Of a DNA stretch of 32,000 nt, positions 9,653-22,162 are shown piece by piece. The DNA lies in contig MTSL01000205.1 in NCBI GenBank assembly GCA_002794465.1, forward strand, positions 123,753 through 155,752, given 5' to 3'. Within the stretch, counting starts at the first letter, position 1. Each line of letters begins with the position of its first letter. Made by a program: the position numbers and the translations under genes. The notes below the pieces were generated by a model. The model ran no database searches and was not told the DNA's origin. It was given only the letters and a program-made list of their open reading frames with translations. This stretch comes from Paramicrosporidium saccamoebae KSL3. Lineage: Eukaryota > Fungi > Cryptomycota.

Positions 9653-11821
9653 CTACAGATTATACTGTCGTATTGCATTCAATAAATTTTGGGTTCCTCG
9701 AAGCTGTTGATCCAAATAAGAGACTGTAGTCTCAATTTGGCATCGGAGTAGATCCTTCTCGGCTCTAAGTTGCCTCTGCTGGTGTAACGCCGACTCAAAG
9801 CGCGCCGCTAGGCTCAGTTGATGCTCGGTCAACCTAGCACGTGCCTGAGACTCTAAAAGTCTAGCGGGATTGGTCACCCATAGATCGGAGCTTATGACAT
9901 GACTATAGTGATTAACAAGACGACTTCGAACTATAGACTCCAGGTCCCCAAGAAGAACCAGAAGGGCAGCTCCTCCGGTAGCGACAACAAGAGAAATGGT
10001 TACAATCTTGCCAGCACTTCGTGACAGGTCAAAGACGCGAAGAGCAAGTGAAAATAAGTGCTGATATCCAAATGTAGCTCCAGCTATGGTGGCCGCGCTG
10101 AGCCAAGTTGATCCACGCAAAAGAAGTGAAACATCAAGTAGATCCAAGACGGCAATCTCGGGGATTGGGTCAATAAGGGACTCGTAGCTTGGAAATGCCA
10201 ATTCGCACGATACGTCCTCATTAGAAACCAAATTAAAGACCTGTCTGGCATGTGCGGTTGCAACGCCATTCAAAAGATGGACTCCTTCGTAAGTGTTGGC
10301 AATTGCAAGCTGGCGAGCATCTCTCATCCATAACATTGCTTCCTGATGCAGTTTGGTGCGTACTAAATCGTTAAATTTCCAAATGTAGATGATCCCATTC
10401 CACTTTGACTCATAGACGATAGAATGTATCTTTTCAAACTTTGTCAAGTGTGTCTTGATGTGATCATACAAACTTTGGCAAATCTCATCTAGAGTACGTC
10501 GGAGGTCTGCCTGAATTATGCCGTGATGGGCCATTAATTCTTCAAAGCAAGGGGCGATTATATCCAATTCATGCTGGAGCCTGTTCAAGTCTTCAAAGCG
10601 GCGCTTGCGGTTATTGTCTAGGACAATGAACATTTCATTCAACAAAAGCTGGAGATATGTTTGGGCAGGGAGAAGTTTAGATTTGGTCCGCTTCTCCAAT
10701 ATAAAGTTTCTCAGACACCTTTCCACCGATTTAAAGTCTTCGTGGATTCTAAACGAATCCCCAATGTCTCTAGTCTCCACTGAAGAAGCTGACATTGGCG
10801 AGGCAGGATCGAAATTGCTGCTGCTTACTTGCTTAAAATACTGCCCGGCACTGATGAAATGTATCAACTCGGATCGTTCTTCATATGTCTTGGGCAGCAC
10901 TTCCTGGATTTGGGCCAATACAATTCGCTTACATTTATCCTGGTTCTTGATATCGTCAAATTTGTTCACAACAACAAATATATAGGCTTTCTCATGGCTG
11001 GCAGTCTCCAAAAACTCGCGTGCACTCAAAGTCAAATGATTTGCGGCATTAATGAGGAACACTATGACATCAATGTCTTCTTGCTTTGAAAAAAGGGCCA
11101 TAGTCTTAAAAAGGTCACTATTGAGACCAGGAGAATCAATCAGACTAACTTCAATCTGAGAACACTGAGCAAAGGCATTCACGTCGTCCTCTAAAAGGAC
11201 TCGGAATAACTGGTAGCTCGATTCTTCGTCTTGAATGCACTCTTGCATCTTCGAAATGGTCATCTTATCATACGTTTGAGGATTCTCCGAGTTGTAGATA
11301 CTATAGTCTGCCATTGCATGGACACAAAACTCATCACGGGAAAAGGCATTCCGGACGGGGACTACCTCACAGAAACATTGAGTGCAAGGCTGCTGATCTG
11401 TGGGAAGTAAATCTTTTTGGAGCAAGGCATTAACAAACGTGGATTTTCCAGAATTCACATCGCCAGTGACCAGCACTTTGCTACATTTGTCTCCAACTCG
11501 GCCATGGAGTCTCTCCAGGTATGAGATACATTCGCCTAGTCGATTTCCCATCATTCTTGCCAAAGTAACCTCATCCATTTCGCCCTCACGAATGGACAAC
11601 TCGTCAGGTAGGGCTAGAAGCTTCAAATCTCCAGTCTTTATTGTTCTCATTGCAGACTGGCCACGGCCGTGTTTTCCGTCACTCGAAATGGCCCCACCAC
11701 GAGGATACAGCAAAGAAAACTTTTCTGATATGTGAGCATTGTAAATCGACTCTAAAAGCGTTCTGCTTTGCTGAATGTAAGATAAAATGCGAGCCTGCTT
11801 GTCAGAAAAGTTCTCAGACAT
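9653..11821 (-). CDS. FZO1: Mitofusin Fzo1 (dynamin-like GTPase for mitochondrial outer membrane fusion)
   Basis: G1 GDVNSGKST, LLPTDQQPCT, G3 DSPGLN and G4 VNKFD, two C-terminal hydrophobic segments and a terminal heptad repeat. Confidence 0.9.
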   Translation of the reverse strand: MSENFSDKQARILSYIQQSRTLLESIYNAHISEKFSLLYPRGGAISSDGKHGRGQSAMRTIKTGDLKLLALPDELSIREGEMDEVTLARMMGNRLGECISYLERLHGRVGDKCSKVLVTGDVNSGKSTFVNALLQKDLLPTDQQPCTQCFCEVVPVRNAFSRDEFCVHAMADYSIYNSENPQTYDKMTISKMQECIQDEESSYQLFRVLLEDDVNAFAQCSQIEVSLIDSPGLNSDLFKTMALFSKQEDIDVIVFLINAANHLTLSAREFLETASHEKAYIFVVVNKFDDIKNQDKCKRIVLAQIQEVLPKTYEERSELIHFISAGQYFKQVSSSNFDPASPMSASSVETRDIGDSFRIHEDFKSVERCLRNFILEKRTKSKLLPAQTYLQLLLNEMFIVLDNNRKRRFEDLNRLQHELDIIAPCFEELMAHHGIIQADLRRTLDEICQSLYDHIKTHLTKFEKIHSIVYESKWNGIIYIWKFNDLVRTKLHQEAMLWMRDARQLAIANTYEGVHLLNGVATAHARQVFNLVSNEDVSCELAFPSYESLIDPIPEIAVLDLLDVSLLLRGSTWLSAATIAGATFGYQHLFSLALRVFDLSRSAGKIVTISLVVATGGAALLVLLGDLESIVRSRLVNHYSHVISSDLWVTNPARLLESQARARLTEHQLSLAARFESALHQQRQLRAEKDLLRCQIETTVSYLDQQLRGTQNLLNAIRQYNL

Positions 11822-12028
11822 TAACTAGCCAATGGTGACGGAGCAGTTGTATAGATAAAAATCCAACATCACGCCTGTGGAACATGTACACCTTGGCTTG
11901 ATGCTCGCATTATTTCTTGTTAATTCCACTTGTGACAATCTGAGTAAATGAATGATCTGTAGCATAAAAGGCTCATGGCACGCAACCCACCGCCCTACAA
12001 TAAGCAAAATTACCATCGTTGTTTTAAA

Positions 12029-13380
12029 ATGCGTATTCTTCCCGCGGCGATTGTAGCTTTTGCCGTCCACACTGTTGACGCATTTGACTTGCAACCCTTT
12101 CCGAAGCTCAAGATAAATCCAGAGGTCATCCCTTCCGAGTCAGGGACAAGAACCTTTGCCGACGTTCGTACTGATTCTTTCCTAGTAGACTGGGAACCGT
12201 ATGAACTTGACATACAGGAGCATCTCCTATTAGATGTAAGGCCCTCCCATTACATACTCATCACTAGACTGCAAGAGAGGGCTTAGTCACTGACAAGCAA
12301 ACACTTTTGGTAAAGGGAAATGACGGCATTGACCACGAATGTTTCCTCCCCGTCGATAATGACCATGGCATTTCTTCCGAAGCCGGAGCACTCGATGCTC
12401 TTAATCATCCGGAGGCCTACGTGATTAATACTGAAAAAGTAAGGAAAACCTGCATGCATTTGGTAAATTCTCAAGAGAGTGTTCATATTATATAGCAAGG
12501 AGGATATTGGACGTATGAAGTTTGTCCTATGAAGCATGTCCGCCAGTATCACCGTGACAAAAAAAAGGCTTCGCTGGGAATGAAGGTCTTTGATCTTCCA
12601 GACGCCTCCCAAGGTCTACTCGGAGGGGCCTTTGGAGATGTCGTGCAAGCCATGATTGGACGTGGAGAACAAGAAATTATCACAGACGAATATCTTCTTG
12701 GCCGCTATATACCCGAGTCAGAGGACGATCGGATGGTCAATGGCCAACTGGTTCAACACTATATTGATGGTGACAGATGCGCTGATATGGATTCTCATCC
12801 TCCGCGGCAAGTAGAGGTGCGATATGAATGCAGCTTTGCCAAAGCAATGGATCACATTATTGATGTTACAGAAATATCTTCGTGCAGATATTTCGTCCGT
12901 ATTGGTAGCCCGGGCGTTTGCGATCCGGCTTTGAAGTCTCAGCCGTCAAAACGCACGATCCACTGCTACCCGCTTTCAGTATCCGCGGCTTCAGGACACC
13001 CCGTTGAAAGCGATACAGGTTTGGAGTCCTCGATCCAAGTCGAAACGCCAAGGTCTAGTGACAGCCCGCCCGTAAAAGTAGAGAACAAGAATAGACGATT
13101 TTGGAAGCAACGTTTACGTGAATTTTTGACACACGACGGGCACGATTTCCCCCTCATTCACAAATTCCTCAACGAGTTCATGGAGGCCGAGCATATGAAC
13201 ATGCCGAATGCCAATGATGATCTTCCTGACCGTCTGGTTCAAAAATGGTTCGCTCTATTGGATATTGATCCTGACAGGTCTAAAGCAAGCAGCGCCGCGA
13301 AAAACGAACAAGAAGAAAGTGACGAGGACAGGAAAAAGTCGGCATCTAAAACAAAGGTTGTCTTTAATTTGCGACTGTGA
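12029..13380 (+). CDS. YOS9: ER lectin Yos9/OS-9 (MRH/PRKCSH domain)
   Basis: Signal peptide MRILPAAIVAFAVHTVDA. Introns 12236-12267 and 12463-12495 join three ORFs to give GYWTYEVCPMKHVRQYH, QHYIDGDRC, RQVEVRYEC and DVTEISSCRYFVRI, the MRH domain signature. Confidence 0.85.
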
Positions 13381-13692
13381 GTAAACATTGTGTGGTTATA
13401 CTAAAGACCCTGTTGATGGACCGAGAAGATGTCTTGATGGAAGCATGTGGCGTCTTTATAGGCCGCCACCCAGCACACCGGATCGTAAGATAACTGTCAG
13501 GACCGCCAGTCATAAGTAGACACTATTTGTCTAACAAACCCTGTTGGTGAACAGAAAAACTGCATTGATTAGTGGCGACGTCTTTATAACTCTGCCCTCA
13601 ATAAAGCAGATCCCTGATTCGTAGTAGATATACTTTCGCAAATATCATATTATGAGTTTATTATTGCACTACTAACTTACTACTGGACTGTT

Positions 13693-15396
13693 TCAAGCGG
13701 AAATAATTGTGCACCAATTCTCTTGGGGAATCCATTTTAATGCCCCCTGGCTCAATATCTCTCGAATGGCCTGGATCACACTGTAAGATTGGCGACCTGC
13801 ATTAGCGCCTGTACGACCATTTCGTCCACGTTGCAGCTTGAAAGAGGATCGTGAATTCTCAGAAGCTACATCAGCACAAAAATCAGGTCCAAGTAGAACC
13901 GAGGGCTGCCCATAAATTCGGAGAGAATAGTCAATCACCAAAGCAATGACAAAGTTATCAGAACTACGGTTCAGCCGGTATTGAGGCAGGTCGCCGAAGA
14001 ACGATTTTTTAAGATCGATCAAAGTGTAGCAGTCTTTATACGCAGAGAGGACATTCTGCAGATCAGCAACAGAAACCGTCAAGCTCATGTTTTGATAGCG
14101 CGAGATGACTCTATCGTCCTTCTGTTTGTACATTGCAATAAATCTCGACACAATGTAGTTAGTCCGGGTAGGTTGGTAATTATTGGCATCCATATCCTGT
14201 TTCCTGGTGTCAAGAAACAACGACTGTGTGCGAGCACATCGAAGCTTATACAAATTCTCAATAGTAAAGTTTGGGAGCTTTGTTCTATCCGCCTTGAGGA
14301 TCCGACAGAGAGCCATCTCATCAGATGCAAAAATTACCCTTGCGACTTTTCCAGTGATTTCAGCATTTCCAATTCCTTCGAAGAGTACAAACAGATGCTC
14401 TGGATACAATACGGGAATCTGGCCTATCGAAGCAGGGCTTAGTGGATTGGCTTTAAATTTACGAGTCCAAGCAATGACCATGTCGACAAATGTTCTGGCC
14501 ATGCGTTGCCATGGAGGGTCCTCATTCCAAAGTGCTTGAACTGAGTTGCTGAACACAGTTTCATCGGCTCCACTGCCATGAATAATATGAGATACAAAGA
14601 ACAGGAGCTTTGATTGTGCTTGTGACCTGTTTTTCTGAACCATTCGGCTCATAGTCGTGCCAACGTTAGCTAATTGGGATAGCTTGGTCTGGCAAATAAT
14701 GCTGAGATAATGGATAAGACCATAGATTGATATGTCGCTGGTTTCAATACTTTTAGCCACGGCTTGCGAAAGCGGTGAACCATGACTCAAGTTCATTCTT
14801 ACATCAAGCCCTGATGCAAAGTCAAAGTCTGCCGATGCTAGTGTGTCGGGAACAATGGCTGCTGGTATTTTTCTAAGCCAAGCTGTCACTTCGGGATGCG
14901 TCGGGTTGCAGCGTGCCAGTTTTGCAATATGCTCAGACTGATTGGTGGTGTTTAATCGCCGCTTGCGGGGATCCCTCTGATCAGTAGATGGTAGGGAAAT
15001 TTGGGTATACCCAAATTCAATAAAGTAGCCTTCCACAGAAGCTCTTTCGGCAAGTTTTGCTACGCAGGATACACGACCAAAGAAATCATGTAGCAGCCAA
15101 GGAGTCTTTGATAGCATCGACATAATCTTCAAGATAGTGTCTCTATCAAACTTCTTACACAAAGCCTTTCCGGGGAACAAATTTATCGGTAAAGCTGACA
15201 GAGTGTGAATGAATTTGGGAAATCCTGCGTTGTAGTCTGTAGATTTGCTAATGGTAGTCCAGAATTGTATCAAGGACTCTTCTTGCAAGCATTTTGCGAT
15301 ACGATGCACGTCTGTCTTTATAGTAATCGATAAAGAGTGGGCTATTAACAGAGATAGAAGCACTCGATATACTTTTGCATTCAGGAGACAAAGCAT
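13693..15396 (-). CDS. Hypothetical 567-aa protein with possible signal peptide; no recognisable family
   Basis: Long intronless ORF with a hydrophobic N-terminus (RVLLSLLIAHSLS) and a PRKRR basic motif at aa 143-147. Confidence 0.7.
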   Translation of the reverse strand: MLCLLNAKVYRVLLSLLIAHSLSITIKTDVHRIAKCLQEESLIQFWTTISKSTDYNAGFPKFIHTLSALPINLFPGKALCKKFDRDTILKIMSMLSKTPWLLHDFFGRVSCVAKLAERASVEGYFIEFGYTQISLPSTDQRDPRKRRLNTTNQSEHIAKLARCNPTHPEVTAWLRKIPAAIVPDTLASADFDFASGLDVRMNLSHGSPLSQAVAKSIETSDISIYGLIHYLSIICQTKLSQLANVGTTMSRMVQKNRSQAQSKLLFFVSHIIHGSGADETVFSNSVQALWNEDPPWQRMARTFVDMVIAWTRKFKANPLSPASIGQIPVLYPEHLFVLFEGIGNAEITGKVARVIFASDEMALCRILKADRTKLPNFTIENLYKLRCARTQSLFLDTRKQDMDANNYQPTRTNYIVSRFIAMYKQKDDRVISRYQNMSLTVSVADLQNVLSAYKDCYTLIDLKKSFFGDLPQYRLNRSSDNFVIALVIDYSLRIYGQPSVLLGPDFCADVASENSRSSFKLQRGRNGRTGANAGRQSYSVIQAIREILSQGALKWIPQENWCTIISA

Positions 15397-15607
15397 GTCG
15401 TTGAATGGAAGGTGATTTGGCCGATTTGGTGCGGTTTAGTGCGATTTAAGGGCACAATTTACTAAATCAGGAAATCAGATTACATCAGATCGGAAATATA
15501 CGGGATTATAAGTAATGGCCTTTTATTGAGATTCCCGGACCGTGCGCATTTTCTCATAATATACAACTTTATTTAATTCTGATGTGACTTTTGCAATGTT
15601 CGCAACT

Positions 15608-17936
15608 TTAGTCGAGCAAAGAAGGCTCATTAGTACCCTTCCGAGATGAGACGTCGTTTGAATTTCCCGGAGCTACGGATGAATACTCGACTTGACTCGC
15701 AGAGGGTTTGGAAGGGGTGATTTTTTCAGAATCGAATCTATCATTCGATCGTCGATTTTGGCGAAAGCTGAGCTTCTCAATTAGGTATAGTTGCCCTTCT
15801 TGGCAATCAGCCGAATATGCTTCCCTTTTAAACTTGTCTCGTTCATCTAGGCGCTCGTTCGTAAAAGTTGTGACCCGGTTGCAAACCTCTTGGGCTTCTT
15901 GACGCAAGTCGGCCATACCTTCTCCAATAATCCTAGAATTAGGGAATTCTAGACAAAATTTACCTCAACTGCTGTCTTGTTTCTTCGTAAGAGGCTCTGA
16001 TATGTGATAGATGTCTACATGCTTCCTTTTCTTCATACTCTGTCTCTGCCAACCCGCAGTCCTTGACCAAGTCTCCCCATTCCGAAACAAAATCGCTCAA
16101 AGTTTGCTTATGTAGCCCGGCGTTATCCTCAATATCTTGGCAGCAGTTATCAAATTTTGACATTTCCTGATGAAAGAAAGTAGACATGTCTTCCGGCTTG
16201 ATTTTGTAGATTGAGTCACTTATGTCATCCGCCAAGATTGCTCTTTTCAGTTCCTCTAACGCAAGACCCCTTTTTTTACTAAGACCCTCCAAGTCTGAAA
16301 GTTTCTCGCAGAGCCGGTGTAGCACAGAATGCAATTCAGGGCGAGGTGCTCTGCTTTTCGTCTTGGGAACGTCGCTACTATCGGTTCTGGCTTGCAATGA
16401 AGAGTCTACTTCAAACAACTGATTCTTGAGTTTAGCATGCAAACTTTCAAGCTTCGATAATGCTAGGAAGAAGGTCGAGTTTCCTACATGAGATGGAACC
16501 TGCTGCCATGCTTCTCCATGAGTCACACGCATCTTTTGGTACTCGCGAATCTCCGTGTCCAATAACTCGCCAGTCTTTTCTATCATCGACACTGCCATGC
16601 TCAGATCTGTATGTAGTCTATCAATCTCGTTTTTCATTACTTGCTTGGACTCTGCTCCTCTGGGACTCGCGATATCAGTGATGCTCTCACCCTTAATCAG
16701 CTTTGTTACTTTTTCGAGGACTGTGGGGAATCCGAGGGATGAAAGGGCGGTCTGCAGATCATTGTCTGCATTGGTGACCTTTAAACTTTCGTATCTCAAG
16801 AGTTTTGATTTTTCTTCGCTGTATTTTGAAATTTCTTCGTGTATCCGAATGGGCATGAGTCGCTTGAAAAGGTCGGGCTTCTCGGGAACCCGCGTGAAGC
16901 ATTCTGAAATTTCCACCAACTTGACTAGGGGAGCGCACTCTGGTTGCGCCAGGTTCTCAACAGAAGGGACGTTTTGATTGTAAATTAAATTGTTCTCCTT
17001 GTCTAGATCGATAGAGTATGATTCGGAAAGATCACGCAGTTTAAGGGCATACTGCCCCACATCCGTTTCACCCAGGGAGCCGTGGGTAACCAGCATTTGA
17101 TTGACAATACGAAATCTGCATATTGCTTCTCCAATTCGAGAATCATTATATGCTGAAAGACCTAGGCAAAAATCTTTGATTGCTGTCCATGCTGCCTCTT
17201 TAAGAGAGAGCTGTGAAGCAGGATCGGTATCCTCATCCTTGGAATCACAAAAGTAGTCCCTAAATTCTCGCAACTCTCCGCTAGAAAAGTTTGTATATGC
17301 ATCGTGAAAAAAATTAGAGGCTGCTGCCGCGAGACGGGCCAGAATTGCAGGTGACTTGCCATCCTGGATCGCCTTTAAAGTGGCCACTTCTTGCGCCTGG
17401 GCCAGCATCAACGAAGACAGAAAAATCAGGGAAGATCGGCCAATGTCCACTAGAGGAGGATGTAGAAAATTGTCAGCAATAAAAGAAAACACAGAGGCAG
17501 AAAGCTGTAGATGGCGGACAGTATCATTCAAAGACTCGATTTGACTGAAGAGAGCCCCGAGATTGAACAAGACATTTGCCTTTTCAAAGGCAACACTGCT
17601 CTGCTTAACACAGTTTCCACGATCAAATGCATCAAACCACAGAAAACTGATGGTTAGAGGATGTTCCGCTATATCAATCCTCTTCACGAGAGCCTCTAAC
17701 TGTCGATAATAGCTTACAATAATGTCAAGTCCTCCGGAGGTTGACGGTGCTCCACGCAAGTCTTGGCGCATTTTATGGAACTGGTTGCTTTCGCCCTGGA
17801 ATGTCGCAGGATCCTCGCCGAGTTGTGAAAGAGACAATTGAAGTTGATGTACCCAGTCCGCCTCATTGGTGATCTTACAGGGTACAGCAATTCGTTCGAA
17901 ACTGGCCGGAATCGGAAGAGTGGGTGTCAGCACCAT
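15608..17936 (-). CDS. BRO1-domain ESCRT accessory protein (Bro1/ALIX/Rim20 family)
   Basis: FLWFDAF..SSVAFEKANVLFNLGALFS, LMLAQAQE and KENNLIY BRO1 motifs plus a V-domain-like helical region. Intron 15933-15963 joins ORF 15960-17936 to ORF 15608-15916. Confidence 0.88.
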
Positions 17937-18015
17937 TGCAACTCCGCGGGGAAAGCACTTTATTGAATATTCATATTATCTATTATCTTTTCGTATTTCG
18001 ATAATCCAGTGAAGC

Positions 18016-18718
18016 ATGTCCAAGTTTTTGTCGCTACTGCCCTCGGCAGTGTCGGATACAGTGGAGAGTCTCAGGCGCATGAACTTGAGACAGGTGCTTT
18101 GAGGATTAGGGCTTATTACGTAGTTAATACTTCAGTGTCTTAATTTCGCGACTGTCGTTCTCACGGCCTACATGATTTGGAAAGGTCTGGGCGTGGTACT
18201 GAACAATGAGAGCCCTGTAGTTGTTGTGCTTAGGTATCTTGATTGCAGCTTGCAATTTATTTTTAGTGAGAGCATGTCTCCTGCTTTTGAGCGAGGCGAT
18301 ATCCTTTTTCTGACAATGTTCCGCAGCAGCCCAATAGTTGCAGGTGAGATTGTAGTATTCAGTATCAAAGGCCGCGATATTCCTATTGTTCATCGTGTGC
18401 TAAAAATCCACGAAAGGTATCCTCGTTGAGATGCTGTAATGAGATAGCCGTGATGGTGAGATCAAGATTCTTACCAAAGGCGACAACAACGAGGTCCATG
18501 ACCGAGGACTATACAATCGAGGTCAAAAATGGCTGACAGAAGAGGATATTGTGGGTCGTGTTCGTGGGTAAGACATCTATGGCTATGACTTTATATCACC
18601 TTTTAGGTATGCGCCGTATCTGGGAATGGTTACCATCATCATGAACGATTATCCCCAGGTCAAGATGGCAGTGTTGGGGATTATGGCCGTTCTCGTCTTA
18701 ACTAACCGTGAGAACTAA
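18016..18718 (+). CDS. SEC11: Signal peptidase complex catalytic subunit Sec11
   Basis: Introns 18094-18123, 18234-18266, 18417-18447 and 18568-18606 give [19 protein letters not shown] (catalytic Ser), IPIVHRV (His), LTKGDNN and [11 protein letters not shown]. Confidence 0.95.
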
Positions 18719-19053
18719 AAAATTATAATATTTGTTGGAACGTCTAATCTTCTATATTACATCCTTGGCTAGCTATGATCGAGATGCTGTTTCCTGGTGC
18801 AGCGCTCGGCTTTTATACTATTGATCAATAAATCACAAGAAATGTCATATATGATATCGTAAATTAATATTACGACCTGAAGGGGCAATTATCTGTAAAA
18901 TTGAATCAGCAACTTGTGCAAGCAGCTGTACTCCAGTTGAACGCAAGCTTTGATTATTGCACGGAACATTCCTGGATTTTTCCGTTGATTAAATCAACGT
19001 TTAGGAAATGTTAAGATATTTTTTTCCTTGGAGTTCAACGTGTCCCCCCCTAC

Positions 19054-20473
19054 ATGGGTGTCATCCAAACCTGTGAGATGAACGTTGAATTACCATTCAC
19101 ACCCTTGGATGTCCAGTGCAACGAAGCACGTCATATTACTATTCCATGGAACGTACATTGCGCCTTAATACTACTAAGCTTTTAGGAATACTTCGAGAAG
19201 GGTACTATTTCGGCTGATGACATGACCGTCATGCGGGAGCTTGCAGACCGTGCAAACTGGAGTGAGCTGATGCTGAAAGTAAACTTGTTTGGCCACTAGA
19301 TGTTTAGGAGGGCTTGGTCTATTTTCGGACGCCAATTTCCATCTTGGATAAAATCGAACATCCCGAAGTGACACTTGTATGTCTGACACTCCTCTACGAC
19401 TTGCTCGTCAAGTTTCCACTGAAGGCTATAAGTCTGTCCACCGAGCCGCTTGGTTTGGAGTGCACCGCGTTGAAAGGGCTACTGCTTTCTGGAGACGAAA
19501 TGATTGCTGGACATGTCGCTCGTATTTTTGCTGTTCTTGCTCTGTACTTTAATGTTTATGATGCCATAACCGAGTTAGGATTATCAAATCTATTCCTCAA
19601 GAGGAACTCAATACTCTACTTGAATGGATTTCCGCATCTTTACAAATGCATCCCGAGCGCGAGCAGAGAGTCTTGTTGTCGTCTCTACTTTTAGAGCACC
19701 TTCTGAGAGTGTCCTCGATCCGAGATGCGTTTTCCCGCAGATGTGACGATTTGAAAATGTTGGCCACAGTTTTGATTCGGTCGCGAAACGTGCAGATCCA
19801 ATATCAGGCAATTTTCGCAATTTGGCTACTCACTTTTGATACATGCACAGCCGTGAAAATAGTGACACGTTACGGAGTCATCCAAAGTCTCCTGGATGTT
19901 GCTAAAGGCGCTATCAAGGAAAAAATTATTCGGATGTGCATCAGCACCTGGCGCAACCTTCTTTCAAAGTGTCCAACACAGGCCGTCCCTGTCATGGTTG
20001 GTGCCAAAGTGTTGGAATATTTGGAATCCATAGCAGAGGGAAAGATTGCAGATGAAGAGGTTTCCTTAGACGTTTCAGTCCTAAAAGATGAACTAATGCG
20101 AGCTTATCAATCACTCAATTCCTTTGACGAATACGCGTCCGAATTGAAATCAGGAAAGCTAGAGTGGTCTCCTCCCCACAAATCCGAGTTATTCTGGCGT
20201 GATAATGCACCAAGGTTAGCTGAGAACAACTTGGAACTGTTAAAGATACTCGGAAGACTGCTAGAGCCTTCAAATAATCCCCAAGTGCTCGCAATCGCCG
20301 CCGGAGACATTGGCATGTACGTGTCATTCCACGCTGTAGGCCGACAAAACCTCGACAAACTTGGCATTAAGCAGAAAATCATGTCCTTGATATCGCACCC
20401 CGATTCTGAAGTCCGGTTTCAGGCGCTCTCTTCTATGCAAAAGTACATGGTGAAAGTTTGGAATCCTGCATAA
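19054..20473 (+). CDS. VMA13: V-type ATPase V1 subunit H
   Basis: Introns 19153-19185, 19279-19307 and 19544-19578. ITIPWNEY N-terminus, QIQYQAIFAIWLLTF, KEKIIRM and SFDEYASELKSGKLEWSPPHKSELFWRDNA. The start could be 19054 or 19078. Confidence 0.92.
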
Positions 20474-20531
20474 CGATGAATGAATAAATAGATATGCATG
20501 TATTCTATGAAATGCACTACACTAAGTTTCT

Positions 20532-22162
20532 TCATTTGTGGCCAGCGCGTTTATAGTGTTGTTTTGAACCAAGGGGCTTGATAAACCGAGACGTGCCACT
20601 CATACCGGACAACACCACACTCGCCTTATGATCAGCAAGTAGACTTGGATCTTTCTTGGCCGCATAAGAAAATTCTGTTGCTTTGGTAAACTTTCTGGAC
20701 GGTCTTTCGCAGATAGCATTGCGGTAAGGATGATTGAACGCATCCTCATCTTGCACAGATGGTGGTGGATGACAGAAAAGCAGCTTTCCTCCAACATAGT
20801 CTTTCAAGACCACTCTTGCAGCCCGCGATTCATCGGGATTGCCGTGGAAAGATGTCCGGAACCCACGAGCTATGGCAAACGCTCCTAATACTTCGTGAGA
20901 AGATGGTCGCCGGTTCAGATCTTCTTCCATGCTGGGCTTGGGGAGCTCAATACCATAAACAAGTTCGATCACTTGTTTTGGGATCCTCTCAATAAGGAGC
21001 TCAACAGGCGTTACCCATTCACGCAGCTGATCGACTGGAAGAATACCATTTAGTACTAAATCGGCGCGCGACACTGCAAAATTGGGGAAAACCAAGCCAG
21101 GACAGTCGTAAAGGATGACACCGTTTTCAAGGATCACCGTTTGGAAATGCTTGGTCTTACCCGGTGTGGCTGCGACTGAAACCTTCTTGGTCCCTGCCAA
21201 CGAGTTTATGGTTGAGCTTTTACCGACATTAGGGTATCCAACCATACCAAGCTTTTCACCTCCACATTCGCTTTTAAGCCAATCCAAAAGTTGCAGCCGA
21301 TCCAGAATGTCGTGGCTTGATATCAAATCTTTACAATTTTCGCTACGGGAAACTGGTGGTTCTTCTTCTTCACTTTCGGTTGCGAGTGTGGCAGAATAAA
21401 ATACAAAGCTTAAGCCAAGTTCTTTAAAGTACTCGGCCCAAGACTGGCGCTGGTCCGCGCTCAAGTAATCGGCCTTGTTGATCAGAAGAAGCATCTTTTT
21501 CGATGGCCCTACTTCAGATATATATGTCTTGAGATCTTCGCAGTAAAAAAGTAAGGGATTCCTAGCGTCCAGGATTTGAACTATTGTCTCACAGGCTTCA
21601 ATCACCCGCCACAGCTGTCGCCAGATCTCTAGATTTCTTTCAAATGGGGTTAAAATAAAATATGCTGCATCTTCGATCCGAGCCAGTCCTCTGCGCCACT
21701 CCAAAAAAGATTCCTCCTCGGCGTGTTGTAGCTCCTTGGGTTGAATACTTGTGCTCCACTTTGGACGTCTGGGGATCCGAATCCATTCCTTGTTCTCTGC
21801 CTGTTCATCTGAAGTGGCAAAGGATCGGGGGGCCTGGGACAACACTGGAACAGAGGTGGAGACTATTACAGGTGACGCTCTTTCTATATAACTGTAAGCC
21901 GTAGTGTTATAAATATACCGGCTGTGAAATCAAGTCTTGATAGCTGTGCAACTTGCATGAGCTCGTCAAGGTCGCTTTGCTCAGTAATAGAGCGAACGTT
22001 GGCCCAAGATGCACCGTCTTCAAGACCAGATGTATGCTAAAGTCAGTACAGCAAGACTAAAAGTACCAATCCAGAATTATTACGTGACCCACGCCGGCCA
22101 CTAAACCTGGCTTTAATGACTGTACGGCCAAGATTTTCCCCTTGCTTATCTTTTTTGGTCAT
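20532..22162 (-). CDS. LSG1: 60S export GTPase Lsg1 (circularly permuted YlqF-type)
   Basis: True start MTKKDKQGENLGR at 22162 with introns 22037-22066 and 21884-21918. Motifs SITEQSDLDEL, IPRRPKW, TPFERNLEIWRQLWRV, DARNPL, GYPNVGKSS, TPGKTKH and DCPGL. Confidence 0.95.

Noticed and set aside
18983-18999. Inverted repeat CGTTGATT-A-AATCAACG upstream of VMA13
   Set aside because: It is a single short palindrome with no terminal-repeat or target-site-duplication context; it could be chance.
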